A stretch of 64,000 nt of DNA, from contig JASGHI010000004.1 of NCBI GenBank assembly GCA_049841155.1, positions 433,477 to 497,476 on the forward strand. Direction: 5' to 3'. The DNA is from Steroidobacteraceae bacterium. Its GTDB lineage: Bacteria; Pseudomonadota; Gammaproteobacteria; Steroidobacterales; Steroidobacteraceae. A model generated the notes under the pieces. That model saw nothing but the letters and a program-made list of their open reading frames with translations, was not told the DNA's origin and searched no databases. Position numbers and translations under genes: made by a program. Positions 16,318 through 24,519 of this stretch are shown here, in pieces. Every line of letters begins with the position of its first letter. Within the stretch, counting starts at the first letter, position 1.

Positions 16318-17160
16318 ATGCGCAGCATGCATCTGATTGGCATTTGCGCCGCGTTGGCGCTCGGTGCGGCCGCGAGCGTCGCGTCGGCCTATTCGCCGGG
16401 CAAGCTTTACGACGGCAAGACGCCGGATCTGCGCGGCATCTGGCAGGCACGCGGCACGGCGTACGTGAACATCGAAGGCCACAAGGGCGGCAAGGGCGTG
16501 GCCCCGTCGCGGAGCATCATCGTCGATCCCGCGGACGGCAAGATTCCGTACAAGCCGGAGGCGCTGGCCAAGCGCGACGAGAACTTCAGGAATCGCAACG
16601 AGGCCGACCCATCGCTGCGCTGCAGCCAGGCGGGCGTGCCGCGCATCACCTATCTGCCGACGCCGTTCCAGATCGTGCAATCGCCGGGGTACACGGCCTT
16701 CGTGTATCAGGACAACCACTCCTACCGCATCATCTATCCGAGCACCAAGCCGCACCTCACCGGCGTCGACTGGTGGATGGGCGACTCGCGCGGCCACTGG
16801 GAGGGCGACACGCTCGTGGTCGATGTCACGACGCAGAACGACCTGACGTGGCTGGACGCCTCCGGCAACCCTCACAGCAGTGACATCCACGTGGTCGAGC
16901 GCTACACGCCGACAGGCCCCGACACGATGACCTATGAGGCGCGCATCGAGGATCCGAACACCTACACCAGGCCCTGGACGCTGCGCACGACGCTCTACCG
17001 CAACACGGCCAAAGGCGCGCGCATCATCGAAGACGAGTGCCTGGAGGACATCCATGGCGTGTTCCGGCACATCTCGCCGACCGATCCGGCCAACCTCCTC
17101 CGCAACAACTATCGGCGCTGGTTGCTGCCCGCCGATGGCGCAGCGCCGGCCAACAAGTGA
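16318..17160 (+). CDS. Secreted protein of unknown function, 'WEGDTLV' family, paralogue 2
   Basis: 280 aa from the ATG at 16318 (RBS GGGAGGGAG), with a signal peptide ...ASVASA. Motifs PDLRGIW, C..AGVPR, YRII, GHWEGDTLVVDV, WLD..G..H...IHVVERYT and DECLE. Confidence 0.7.
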   Translation: MRSMHLIGICAALALGAAASVASAYSPGKLYDGKTPDLRGIWQARGTAYVNIEGHKGGKGVAPSRSIIVDPADGKIPYKPEALAKRDENFRNRNEADPSLRCSQAGVPRITYLPTPFQIVQSPGYTAFVYQDNHSYRIIYPSTKPHLTGVDWWMGDSRGHWEGDTLVVDVTTQNDLTWLDASGNPHSSDIHVVERYTPTGPDTMTYEARIEDPNTYTRPWTLRTTLYRNTAKGARIIEDECLEDIHGVFRHISPTDPANLLRNNYRRWLLPADGAAPANK

Positions 17161-17167
17161 GCCACCC

Positions 17168-18427
17168 ATGAATACTCGCGAACAGTTCATGCAGAGGATG
17201 ACGCTGATGGCGGCCGTCGCGACCATCGCGCTGGCCGGCCTGGTGCAGAGCGCAGCGGCGCAAGTGGCGGTCCAGGGTACGGTAACGGCGGCGCCGGAGG
17301 AGGCGGCTGCTCTGCCCATTCCGCGTCTGCCGGACGGCAAGCCGGATTTCCAGGGCACCTGGTACAAGTCGCGCGGCTATCAGCCCAATGGCACGGTCGT
17401 CGTCGCGCCCGGCGGCGGCCGCGCCGCCGCCGAGCCGGGTAATACGGCTGGCAATCAGCCTCAGGGTGGTGCCGGTGCGGCGGCCGGCGGTGGTGGTGCC
17501 GCCGGCACGGGGCCCAATCCGTTCGGCCTCTCGTCGGCCGAGAACGCCGAAGTGTTCCTGCTGCACGGGGTGAAGATCCCGTACCGGCCCGAGGCCATGC
17601 AGGAGAAGCGCTGGCGCGCCGTCAACCAGTATCTCGACGGCGAGCCGCGCTGCCACCTCGCCGGCGTGCCGCGCTCGGCCGAGCAGCCGCCGTATCCGCA
17701 CATGATCATCCAGGACGACAAGACCGTCACCATCCTGTACGAATACGTGCACGAGCCGCGCATCATTCCGATTACCAGCGAGCCGCACCCGAAGAATTAC
17801 CGCGCGTGGGACGGCGATTCGCGGGCCCACTGGGAGGGCGATACGCTGGTCATCGACGTCAGCAACTTCAACGGCCGCAGCTGGCTCGACATGACCGGCA
17901 ACTTCGTCGATGAAAACCTGCACGTGGTCGAGCGCTACACGATGACGAGCGGCAACACCTATCTGTACGAAGCGATCCTGACCGATCCGACCGTTTTCAC
18001 TGAGCCGTTGAAGATCAGTTTCGAGTTGGTGCGCCAGAAGGACGAGGACCAGATCATCGAATACAGCTGCCTCGAGGGGGAGAGTGACCGCCAGCATTAC
18101 ACCGCGCAGACCGGCGGCGTGAAGGCCGACGCGTTCCGGGATACCGCCGTCAGCACCGTAGTGCATGCCGGCGAAGCGACGAGTGTGCATGGCTGCCTGC
18201 GCGGCGATCTGGTCGATGGTGCGGTGAAGTACTCGCTGGAACTGCGCCCGAAGGGCAAGGTGCCGGTGAGCCTTGCCGCTGGCGCACAGCAGGGTCTGCG
18301 TGAACTGGTCGATCGCGACGTGTGGCTGAACGGCTCGTGGAAGGCACAGCCCGGCAAATCACCGTTCGAGGTGACCAGCGCGCGGGCTCAAGCCGAAGGC
18401 TGCGCCTGGGACGGCAAGAGTCCGTGA
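17168..18427 (+). CDS. Secreted protein of unknown function, 'WEGDTLV' family, paralogue 3 (Gly/Ala-rich insert and extra C-terminal domain)
   Basis: 419 aa. Signal ...QSAAAQ. Motifs PDFQGTW, C.LAGVPR, PRII, AHWEGDTLVIDV, WLD..G......LHVVERYT and YSCLE. Roughly 100 extra C-terminal residues. Confidence 0.7.
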   Translation: MNTREQFMQRMTLMAAVATIALAGLVQSAAAQVAVQGTVTAAPEEAAALPIPRLPDGKPDFQGTWYKSRGYQPNGTVVVAPGGGRAAAEPGNTAGNQPQGGAGAAAGGGGAAGTGPNPFGLSSAENAEVFLLHGVKIPYRPEAMQEKRWRAVNQYLDGEPRCHLAGVPRSAEQPPYPHMIIQDDKTVTILYEYVHEPRIIPITSEPHPKNYRAWDGDSRAHWEGDTLVIDVSNFNGRSWLDMTGNFVDENLHVVERYTMTSGNTYLYEAILTDPTVFTEPLKISFELVRQKDEDQIIEYSCLEGESDRQHYTAQTGGVKADAFRDTAVSTVVHAGEATSVHGCLRGDLVDGAVKYSLELRPKGKVPVSLAAGAQQGLRELVDRDVWLNGSWKAQPGKSPFEVTSARAQAEGCAWDGKSP

Positions 18428-19824
18428 GCAGCTACCAGCCGCCGCAGAGCGCCGGCGGGCCGCCGACGGGCCCGGCAGCGCAGGCTGCCGGGACGGCGCG
18501 CGGCGGCTGGTATCTGGTGAGTGTGCTGCTGGTCTGCTACACGTTCTCGTTCATCGACCGGCAGATCCTCAGCCTGCTGGTCGGGCCCATCAAGCGTGAC
18601 CTTGCGATCAGCGACACGATGATGGGCCTGCTGCAGGGTTTTGCCTTCGCGCTGTTCTACACGCTGATGAGCATCCCGCTGGGGCGCATCGGCGACATCG
18701 GCAACCGGCGCAAGCTCATCGCCGCCGGTGTGCTCGTCTGGAGTCTGATGACCTCGGCCTGCGCGCTGGCGCGCAGCTACACGTCGCTGTTCCTGACGCG
18801 CATCGGCGTCGGCATCGGCGAGGCGGCGCTGTCGCCCGCCGCATTCTCGATGATCACCGACACCTTCCCGCGCGAGCGGCTGTCGGGCGCGCTCAGCGTG
18901 TACTCGATGGGCATCTTCATCGGCTCGGGGCTGGCGCTGATGGTCGGCGGCATCATCGTGCAGGCCACCAGCACCATGTCGGCGATCACACTGCCGATCT
19001 TCGGCAGCATGTCCGCGTGGCGCCTGACCTTCCTGGTCGTGGGCCTGCCCGGCCTTCTGATCGCGCTGTGGGTGCTCACGCTGCGCGAGCCGGCGCGCCG
19101 CGGCCTGCTGCGGCGTGCAGCGAGCGAGAGCCGTCACCTGTCGATCGGCGAGACCTTCGCGCAGATCCGCATGCGCTGGGGTTCGTTCATCGGCCTGTCG
19201 CTGGGCATGATCTTCCAGTCGATGGTGGTGTTCGCGTTCATGGCGTGGACGCCGGCATTCTTTCAGCGCATCCATCACTGGAGTCCCAGGCAGACGGGCC
19301 AGGTGCTGGGCCTGCTGATACTGGTCTTCGGCTGCCTCGGCATGTACGTCGGCGGTCGGCTGTCGGACCGGTGGAAGCGCGCCGGCCAGCACGATGCGGC
19401 ACTGAAGGTCACCGTCATCAGCGCGCTCGGCTGCGGCCTGTTCTTCGTGCCGGCGTACTTGATCGACGATCCGGTGTGGACGGTGGTGCTGCTGGCGCCG
19501 GCGCTGTTCTTCGAAGGCATGCCGGTGGGCAGCGCCTTCGCTGCGGTGCAGCTCATCTTTCCGAACCAGGTGCGCGCCTCGGCCTCAGCGTTGTTCATGT
19601 TCATGCTGAACCTGGGCGGCCAGACGCTGGGACCGCTGCTGCCGGCGCTGTTCAATGACGACGTGTTCCATTCGGAGCTGGCGCTGGGCAAGTCGCTGGC
19701 CATCACCATGGCCATCGCTTCGCTCGGCATGCTGGTCATCATGTCGCTGACGCGCGCGCCGTATCGCCGGCACTACGAGGAGCTGCTGCCGCAACTCTCC
19801 GACGTGCCGCCCGCCGGCCACTGA
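18424..19824 (+). CDS. MFS transporter
   Basis: About 466 aa from the GTG at 18424, which overlaps the upstream stop (GTGA). 12 predicted TM helices and the MFS loop motif GRIGDIGNRRK. The upstream part of the tracked ORF overlaps the previous gene and was trimmed. Confidence 0.8.
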   Translation: MSSYQPPQSAGGPPTGPAAQAAGTARGGWYLVSVLLVCYTFSFIDRQILSLLVGPIKRDLAISDTMMGLLQGFAFALFYTLMSIPLGRIGDIGNRRKLIAAGVLVWSLMTSACALARSYTSLFLTRIGVGIGEAALSPAAFSMITDTFPRERLSGALSVYSMGIFIGSGLALMVGGIIVQATSTMSAITLPIFGSMSAWRLTFLVVGLPGLLIALWVLTLREPARRGLLRRAASESRHLSIGETFAQIRMRWGSFIGLSLGMIFQSMVVFAFMAWTPAFFQRIHHWSPRQTGQVLGLLILVFGCLGMYVGGRLSDRWKRAGQHDAALKVTVISALGCGLFFVPAYLIDDPVWTVVLLAPALFFEGMPVGSAFAAVQLIFPNQVRASASALFMFMLNLGGQTLGPLLPALFNDDVFHSELALGKSLAITMAIASLGMLVIMSLTRAPYRRHYEELLPQLSDVPPAGH

Positions 19825-19850
19825 CCAGAGCCGTCCGGAGTACGACGCCG

Positions 19851-20645
19851 ATGCCACGGCTGGCCGCGAATCTGTCGACGCTGTTCCGCGAGCTGCCGTT
19901 CCGCGAGCGCTTTGGCGCCGCGGCGGCGGCCGGCTTCCGCTATGTCGAATACCAGTTCCCCTATGCAGAGGGGAGCGCTGCGGACGTGGCCGCCTGGGCG
20001 CGCGCGGCCGGTCTGCAGGTGGTGCTGCACAACCTGCCACCCGGTGATCTGGACCGTGGCGATCGCGGTCTGGCCTGCCTGGCGGGCCGCGAGGCCGAGT
20101 TCCGCGACGGGGTCGAGCGGGCCATCGATTACGCGCGCGCTGCGTGCTGCCCGCGCCTGAATTGTCTGGTCGGTGTGGCGCCGCCGGACGTGCCGCCCAC
20201 CGCCGTGCTCGCGACGCTGGTGGCCAACCTGCGGCATGCAGCCGACCGTCTGGCCGCTGCCGGCCTCACGTTGCTGATCGAGCCGCTGAACGTGCGCAGC
20301 ACGCCGGGCTATCTGCTGACGCGCAGCGCCGAGGCGCTCGAGGTGATCCGGGCGGTCGACCGGCCGAACCTGCGGCTGCAGTACGACCTGTTCCACATGC
20401 AGATCTCGGAGGGCGATCTGTTCACCACATTGCACCGGATCCTGCCCGATGTCGGTCATGTGCAGATCGCCGGTGTACCCGAGCGCGCCGAGCCGGACGT
20501 GGGCGAGGTGAACTTCCCGTGGCTGCTCGGGCAACTCGATGCGCTCGGGTACGAGGGCTGGGTGGGCTGTGAATACACGCCGCGTGCGCAGACTCTGGCC
20601 GGCCTCGGCTGGGCGCGCCGCTGGCTGCAAGGAGAGGGACGATGA
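19851..20645 (+). CDS. Hydroxypyruvate isomerase-like TIM-barrel protein (xylose isomerase-like fold)
   Basis: 264 aa. The N-terminus [24 protein letters not shown] is typical of Hyi/OtnI-type isomerases. Confidence 0.75.
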   Translation: MPRLAANLSTLFRELPFRERFGAAAAAGFRYVEYQFPYAEGSAADVAAWARAAGLQVVLHNLPPGDLDRGDRGLACLAGREAEFRDGVERAIDYARAACCPRLNCLVGVAPPDVPPTAVLATLVANLRHAADRLAAAGLTLLIEPLNVRSTPGYLLTRSAEALEVIRAVDRPNLRLQYDLFHMQISEGDLFTTLHRILPDVGHVQIAGVPERAEPDVGEVNFPWLLGQLDALGYEGWVGCEYTPRAQTLAGLGWARRWLQGEGR

Positions 20646-22315
20646 CGAAGCTGCGGAGCCGGGTGCTGGTGGAGGGGCGCGAGCGCACGGCGGGCCGTGC
20701 GCAGCTGCGCGCGGTCGGTCTCACCGACGCCGACCTGAAGAAGCCGTTTGTCGGCGTCGCCAACACCTGGATCGAGACCATGCCCTGCAACGTGCATCTG
20801 CGCGCGCTGGCGGCTTCGGTGAAGGAAGGCATCCGCGAGGCGGGCGGCGTGCCGTTCGAATTCAACACGGTGGCAGTCAGCGACGCGGTGACCATGGGCA
20901 CGGAGGGCATGCGCGCCTCGCTGGTGAGCCGCGAAGTCATCGCCGATTCCATCGAGCTGATGGGCAAGGCCTACATGTTCGATGCCGTGGTGGCGCTGGT
21001 GGGCTGCGACAAGACGCTGCCCGGCGCGGCCATGGGCCTTGCGCGCCTGGACGTGCCCAGCATGGTGCTGTACGGCGGCACCATCGCGCCGGGCCTGTAT
21101 CGCGGCCGCGAGATCCTGCTCGGCGACGTCATGGAGGCCGTGGGCGCCAACTCCGCCGGCAAGCTCAGCGATGCGGAACTCGAGGAGATGGAGCGCGTGG
21201 CCTGTCCCGGCGCCGGTGCCTGCGGTGGCCAGTACACGGCGAACACGATGGCCATGGCCATGGAGGTCCTTGGTCTCTCGCCCGCGGGTTTCAACAGCAT
21301 TCCGGCCGTGCATGCGGGCAAGCATCCGGCCGCGCGCCAGAGCGGTCACGTGCTGATGGAGGCCCTGCGCGCCGGGCGCTGCTTCTCCAGCCTGGTGTCG
21401 CGCACTTCGTTCCTGAACGCCATCGCCGCGGTGTGCAGCAGTGGCGGATCCACCAACGCCGTGCTGCATCTGCTGGCCATCGCTGCGGAGGCGGGCATAA
21501 CGCTGCAGCTCGATGATTTCCAGGCGATCAGCGACCGCACGCCGCTGCTGGCGGACATGGCGCCGGGCGGACGCTACTCCGCTTACGATCTCTTCAATGC
21601 GGGGGGCAGTGGCGTGCTCACCTCGCGCCTCGTCGCCGGCGGCCACGTCGACGGCAGTACGCCCACGATCACGGGGCGCACGCTGGGCGAGGAAGCCGCA
21701 GCCACCGTGGAGAGGGAGGGGCAGAAAGTGATCCTGCCGCTGAGCGAGCCGCGGCGCGCCACCGGCGGCATCGTCATCCTGCGCGGGAACCTGGCACCCG
21801 ATGGCTGCGTGGTGAAAGTGGCGGGTCACGAGGCGCAGCAGTTCCGGGGTCCGGCGCGCGTCTACGATTCCGAGGAACAGGCCATGGCGGCGGTGCTGGG
21901 CGGCCACATCCGCAAGGGTGACGCGGTGGTCGTGCGCTATGAGGGGCCGCACGGCGGCCCGGGCATGCGCGAGATGCTGGATGTGACTTCGGCCATCGTC
22001 GGGGCAGGACTCGGCGAGAGCGTCGCACTGGTGACCGACGGGCGTTTCAGCGGCGCGACACGCGGCCTGATGATCGGCCACGTGGCACCCGAGGCGTCGC
22101 GCGGCGGCCCGCTGGCGGCGCTGCGCGAGGGTGACACCATCGTCATCGACGTGGCCACAAAGAGCATCCGGGTGGAGCTGGACGCCGCGCAGCTCGCGCA
22201 GCGTCTCGCGCAGGTGCAGCCGCCGGCGCTGCCGCAGCCCGGCCGCGTGTTCGCCAAGTATCGTGCGCTGGTTGGCTCGGCCGCCACGGGCGCGATCACC
22301 GGTGCCGGGCTGTAG
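20642..22315 (+). CDS. IlvD/Edd-family dehydratase (dihydroxy-acid or sugar-acid dehydratase)
   Basis: 557 aa. Motifs CNVHL, CDKTLPG and [15 protein letters not shown] (Fe-S cluster Cys ligands). The start overlaps the upstream stop (ATGA). Confidence 0.85.
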   Translation: MTKLRSRVLVEGRERTAGRAQLRAVGLTDADLKKPFVGVANTWIETMPCNVHLRALAASVKEGIREAGGVPFEFNTVAVSDAVTMGTEGMRASLVSREVIADSIELMGKAYMFDAVVALVGCDKTLPGAAMGLARLDVPSMVLYGGTIAPGLYRGREILLGDVMEAVGANSAGKLSDAELEEMERVACPGAGACGGQYTANTMAMAMEVLGLSPAGFNSIPAVHAGKHPAARQSGHVLMEALRAGRCFSSLVSRTSFLNAIAAVCSSGGSTNAVLHLLAIAAEAGITLQLDDFQAISDRTPLLADMAPGGRYSAYDLFNAGGSGVLTSRLVAGGHVDGSTPTITGRTLGEEAAATVEREGQKVILPLSEPRRATGGIVILRGNLAPDGCVVKVAGHEAQQFRGPARVYDSEEQAMAAVLGGHIRKGDAVVVRYEGPHGGPGMREMLDVTSAIVGAGLGESVALVTDGRFSGATRGLMIGHVAPEASRGGPLAALREGDTIVIDVATKSIRVELDAAQLAQRLAQVQPPALPQPGRVFAKYRALVGSAATGAITGAGL

Positions 22316-22356
22316 TGGTCGTCACGGGTCACTGAAAGCGCACGAGGCGGAACAAG

Positions 22357-23232
22357 ATGGCGACACTGGGCTGGATCGGCGCGGGCGAGATCGGCATGCC
22401 GATGGCGCAGCGCCTGCTGCGGGCGGGCCATGTGCTGCACGTCTGGGGCCGCGATGCGCGCAGGTTGCAGCCCCTCCTCGATGCCGGCGCGTACCGCGCC
22501 GCATCGCCGGCTGCGCTGGGCCGCGACTGTGAGGCCGTGCTGCTGTGCGTCACCGACACCGAGGCCGTGCGTCAGGTGGTGTTCGGCGAGCAGGGCATCG
22601 CCACGGTGCCCGGCCACGACAAGATCCTCATCGATCATTCCACCATCCATCCACAGAGCTGCCGCGACATGGCGGCGACGCTGCGTGCGACTTGCGGCCG
22701 CGAGTGGCTCGATGCGCCCGTGTCCGGCGGCCCGGCCGGCGCCACGCAGGGCAGGCTCGCGATCTTCGTCGGCGGGGACGCTGCGGCCTTCGCGCGCACG
22801 TGTCCATGGATGCAGAGCTATGCCGAGACCATCACGCACGTCGGCGGGAGCGGAGCGGGCCAGATCCTGAAGTCCTGCAACCAGGCCGTCGTCGCCACCA
22901 CCATCGCGGCGTGGGCCGAGGCGCTCAACTACGCGAAGAACTGCGAGGTTGACGTTGCGCAGCTGGTCGCGGCGCTGGCCGGCTCGTGGTCCGACTCGCC
23001 AGTCCTGCGCCAGCTGGTGCCGCACATGCTGCGCAATGCGTATCCGCCGGGCGCGGCCGCGCTGATGCTCAAGGATCTGGATATCGTCGGCGACATGGCG
23101 AAGCAGACGCGCTCGCCGATGCTGCTTGCCTCCACGGCGGCCTCGCTGCTGCGCCTGCAGATCGCGCTGGGCGAAAACGACGCCGGGCCGCCGGGGCTCA
23201 TGCGAATCTACCGGAAAGATCCGCTGCTGTAG
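22357..23232 (+). CDS. NAD(P)-dependent beta-hydroxyacid dehydrogenase (3-hydroxyisobutyrate / tartronate-semialdehyde reductase family)
   Basis: 291 aa with N-terminal GWIGAGEIGMPMA Rossmann motif and the DAPVSGG catalytic block. Confidence 0.8.
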   Translation: MATLGWIGAGEIGMPMAQRLLRAGHVLHVWGRDARRLQPLLDAGAYRAASPAALGRDCEAVLLCVTDTEAVRQVVFGEQGIATVPGHDKILIDHSTIHPQSCRDMAATLRATCGREWLDAPVSGGPAGATQGRLAIFVGGDAAAFARTCPWMQSYAETITHVGGSGAGQILKSCNQAVVATTIAAWAEALNYAKNCEVDVAQLVAALAGSWSDSPVLRQLVPHMLRNAYPPGAAALMLKDLDIVGDMAKQTRSPMLLASTAASLLRLQIALGENDAGPPGLMRIYRKDPLL

Positions 23233-23282
23233 GGCCCGGGCAAGGCTGGCGCGCCAGCGGCGGCGCCAGCCGGCGTTACGCG

Positions 23283-24263
23283 TCAGTCCAGGTGCTTCTT
23301 CTGCAGCTTCCAAGCCGGATTGCTGCACAGGCCGCAATTCGCGCCGGTGAACAGGCGGCCGGCAGCACGCTGGCCCTTGAGCTGCCAGTCGAGCCAGGCG
23401 ACACCCAGTGGCGCCCAGTTGCCGCCGTTCTCCTGCGCGAGCGGACCGCCATGGCCGGCGCCCTCGTTGTCGGCGATGACCACCGGCACCTTCTCGATCA
23501 CTTCGTAGTCTTTCTGCGCGAAGGGCGTGGCCTGATCACTGCTGCCGCCGAGCACATAGAGGATGGGGCCGTGCAGCTTCTGCAGATCGGCGCGCGTCAC
23601 GTCGGCGCCGGCGCGCGCGTAGTCCAGCGTGCCGCTGCTCCAGGCAATCACGGTCTTCACGCGTGGATCGCCGGCGATCTCGATGGCCTGCAGTCCGCCG
23701 CAGGACGCGCCCATGGCCGCGACGCGCGTGGCATCGACGCGGCCGTACCAGGGGCTGCCCTTGCGCGCGTTTTCCTTCGCGGCCCAGTCGAGCGCCTCGT
23801 AGAGCTGGGCGGTCTTCGAGAGATTCTCGGTGCCGGCGGCGCCCGGTGGCGGACCGACGCGCTGCGCGCCGCCTTCGGCGGTGGCCGCTGGCGCAGAAGC
23901 CGGCGCGGGTGCCGCGGGGCGGGCCGGGGGCAGTTCCTTCACCGGTCCGCTGGCGATGACCAGATAGCCATGTGAGGCCAGCTCGGTGAGCAGCGCGCGC
24001 GACGAGTTGCCGGCATTGGAGCACCCGCCATTGCCCCAGACGACCACCGGCAGGCGATTGCTGCGGCCGAAGGCCTTGAGTGACTGCGGCGCGTATACCG
24101 TGTGGTTGGGCAGGGCGAGATCCTCGCTCATCGCGGCCGGATAACGTCCCGTGCCCGGTGTGATGGGCGCCGTGTCGGCCGCCTGCGCCGCGACGGCGAC
24201 GCCTGCGCCCAGGATGATCGCGGCCGCGAACCGTGGCGCGCGGCAAAAAACGGTACCAGTCAT
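23283..24263 (-). CDS. Secreted alpha/beta-hydrolase (dienelactone-hydrolase/chlorophyllase-like) with a Pro/Ala-rich insertion
   Basis: 326 aa. Signal peptide ...AAQAAD, nucleophile elbow GASCGG (G-x-S-x-G), a distal ...GAGHGG His region and a C-terminal Cys pair (NCGLCS). Confidence 0.6.
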   Translation of the reverse strand: MTGTVFCRAPRFAAAIILGAGVAVAAQAADTAPITPGTGRYPAAMSEDLALPNHTVYAPQSLKAFGRSNRLPVVVWGNGGCSNAGNSSRALLTELASHGYLVIASGPVKELPPARPAAPAPASAPAATAEGGAQRVGPPPGAAGTENLSKTAQLYEALDWAAKENARKGSPWYGRVDATRVAAMGASCGGLQAIEIAGDPRVKTVIAWSSGTLDYARAGADVTRADLQKLHGPILYVLGGSSDQATPFAQKDYEVIEKVPVVIADNEGAGHGGPLAQENGGNWAPLGVAWLDWQLKGQRAAGRLFTGANCGLCSNPAWKLQKKHLD

Positions 24264-24355
24264 GACGGTTCCCCCCTTATTATGAACATACTGTAGCGTA
24301 CTGGAGTGGCATGTCGATTGCCAGCCGGCGCCAGGCTCTTCCCCAGTTCCTTATC

Positions 24356-24416
24356 TTGTTATGAGTTATAACAACAAATTTATTATGTGTTATAATAAAT
24401 GTTGTTCTGAAACAAC
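24356..24416. promoter_or_regulatory. AT-rich block of three consecutive inverted repeats upstream of the TonB-dependent receptor (operator/promoter candidate)
   Basis: TTGTTAT-N5-ATAACAA (24356-24374), ATTTATTAT-N5-ATAATAAAT (24378-24400) and GTTGTT-N4-AACAAC (24401-24416). GTTATAA occurs as a direct repeat at 24365 and 24389. Confidence 0.5.
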
Positions 24417-24519
24417 GGAAGTTGCCACCGTACGGTGTTGAACGGAGAGGGGTCGCCCTCTATACTGATCCGTACGCTGCGGGCAATGCGCAGTACTCAA
24501 AACAAAGTAGGGGGACGAT

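Noticed and set aside
20456-22081. 541-aa minus-strand ORF (and the 325-aa +2-frame ORF at 20539-21516) over the IlvD/Edd gene
   Set aside because: These are shadow or alternate-frame ORFs. The plus-strand frame carries the diagnostic dehydratase Fe-S motifs.
23243-23270. GC palindrome GCTGGCGCGCCAGC between the convergent reductase and hydrolase genes as a specific protein-binding site
   Set aside because: It is most simply a terminator-type hairpin in a convergent spacer. It is a single occurrence with no flanking context suggesting regulation.
24417-24519. Possible riboswitch (cobalamin or TPP) in the 5' leader of the TonB-dependent receptor
   Set aside because: Small hairpins are present (ACCGTACGGT; AGAGGG-gtcg-CCCTCT). 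I could not find a B12-box, a TPP CUGAGA core or another recognisable riboswitch core, and the leader is only about 100 nt.
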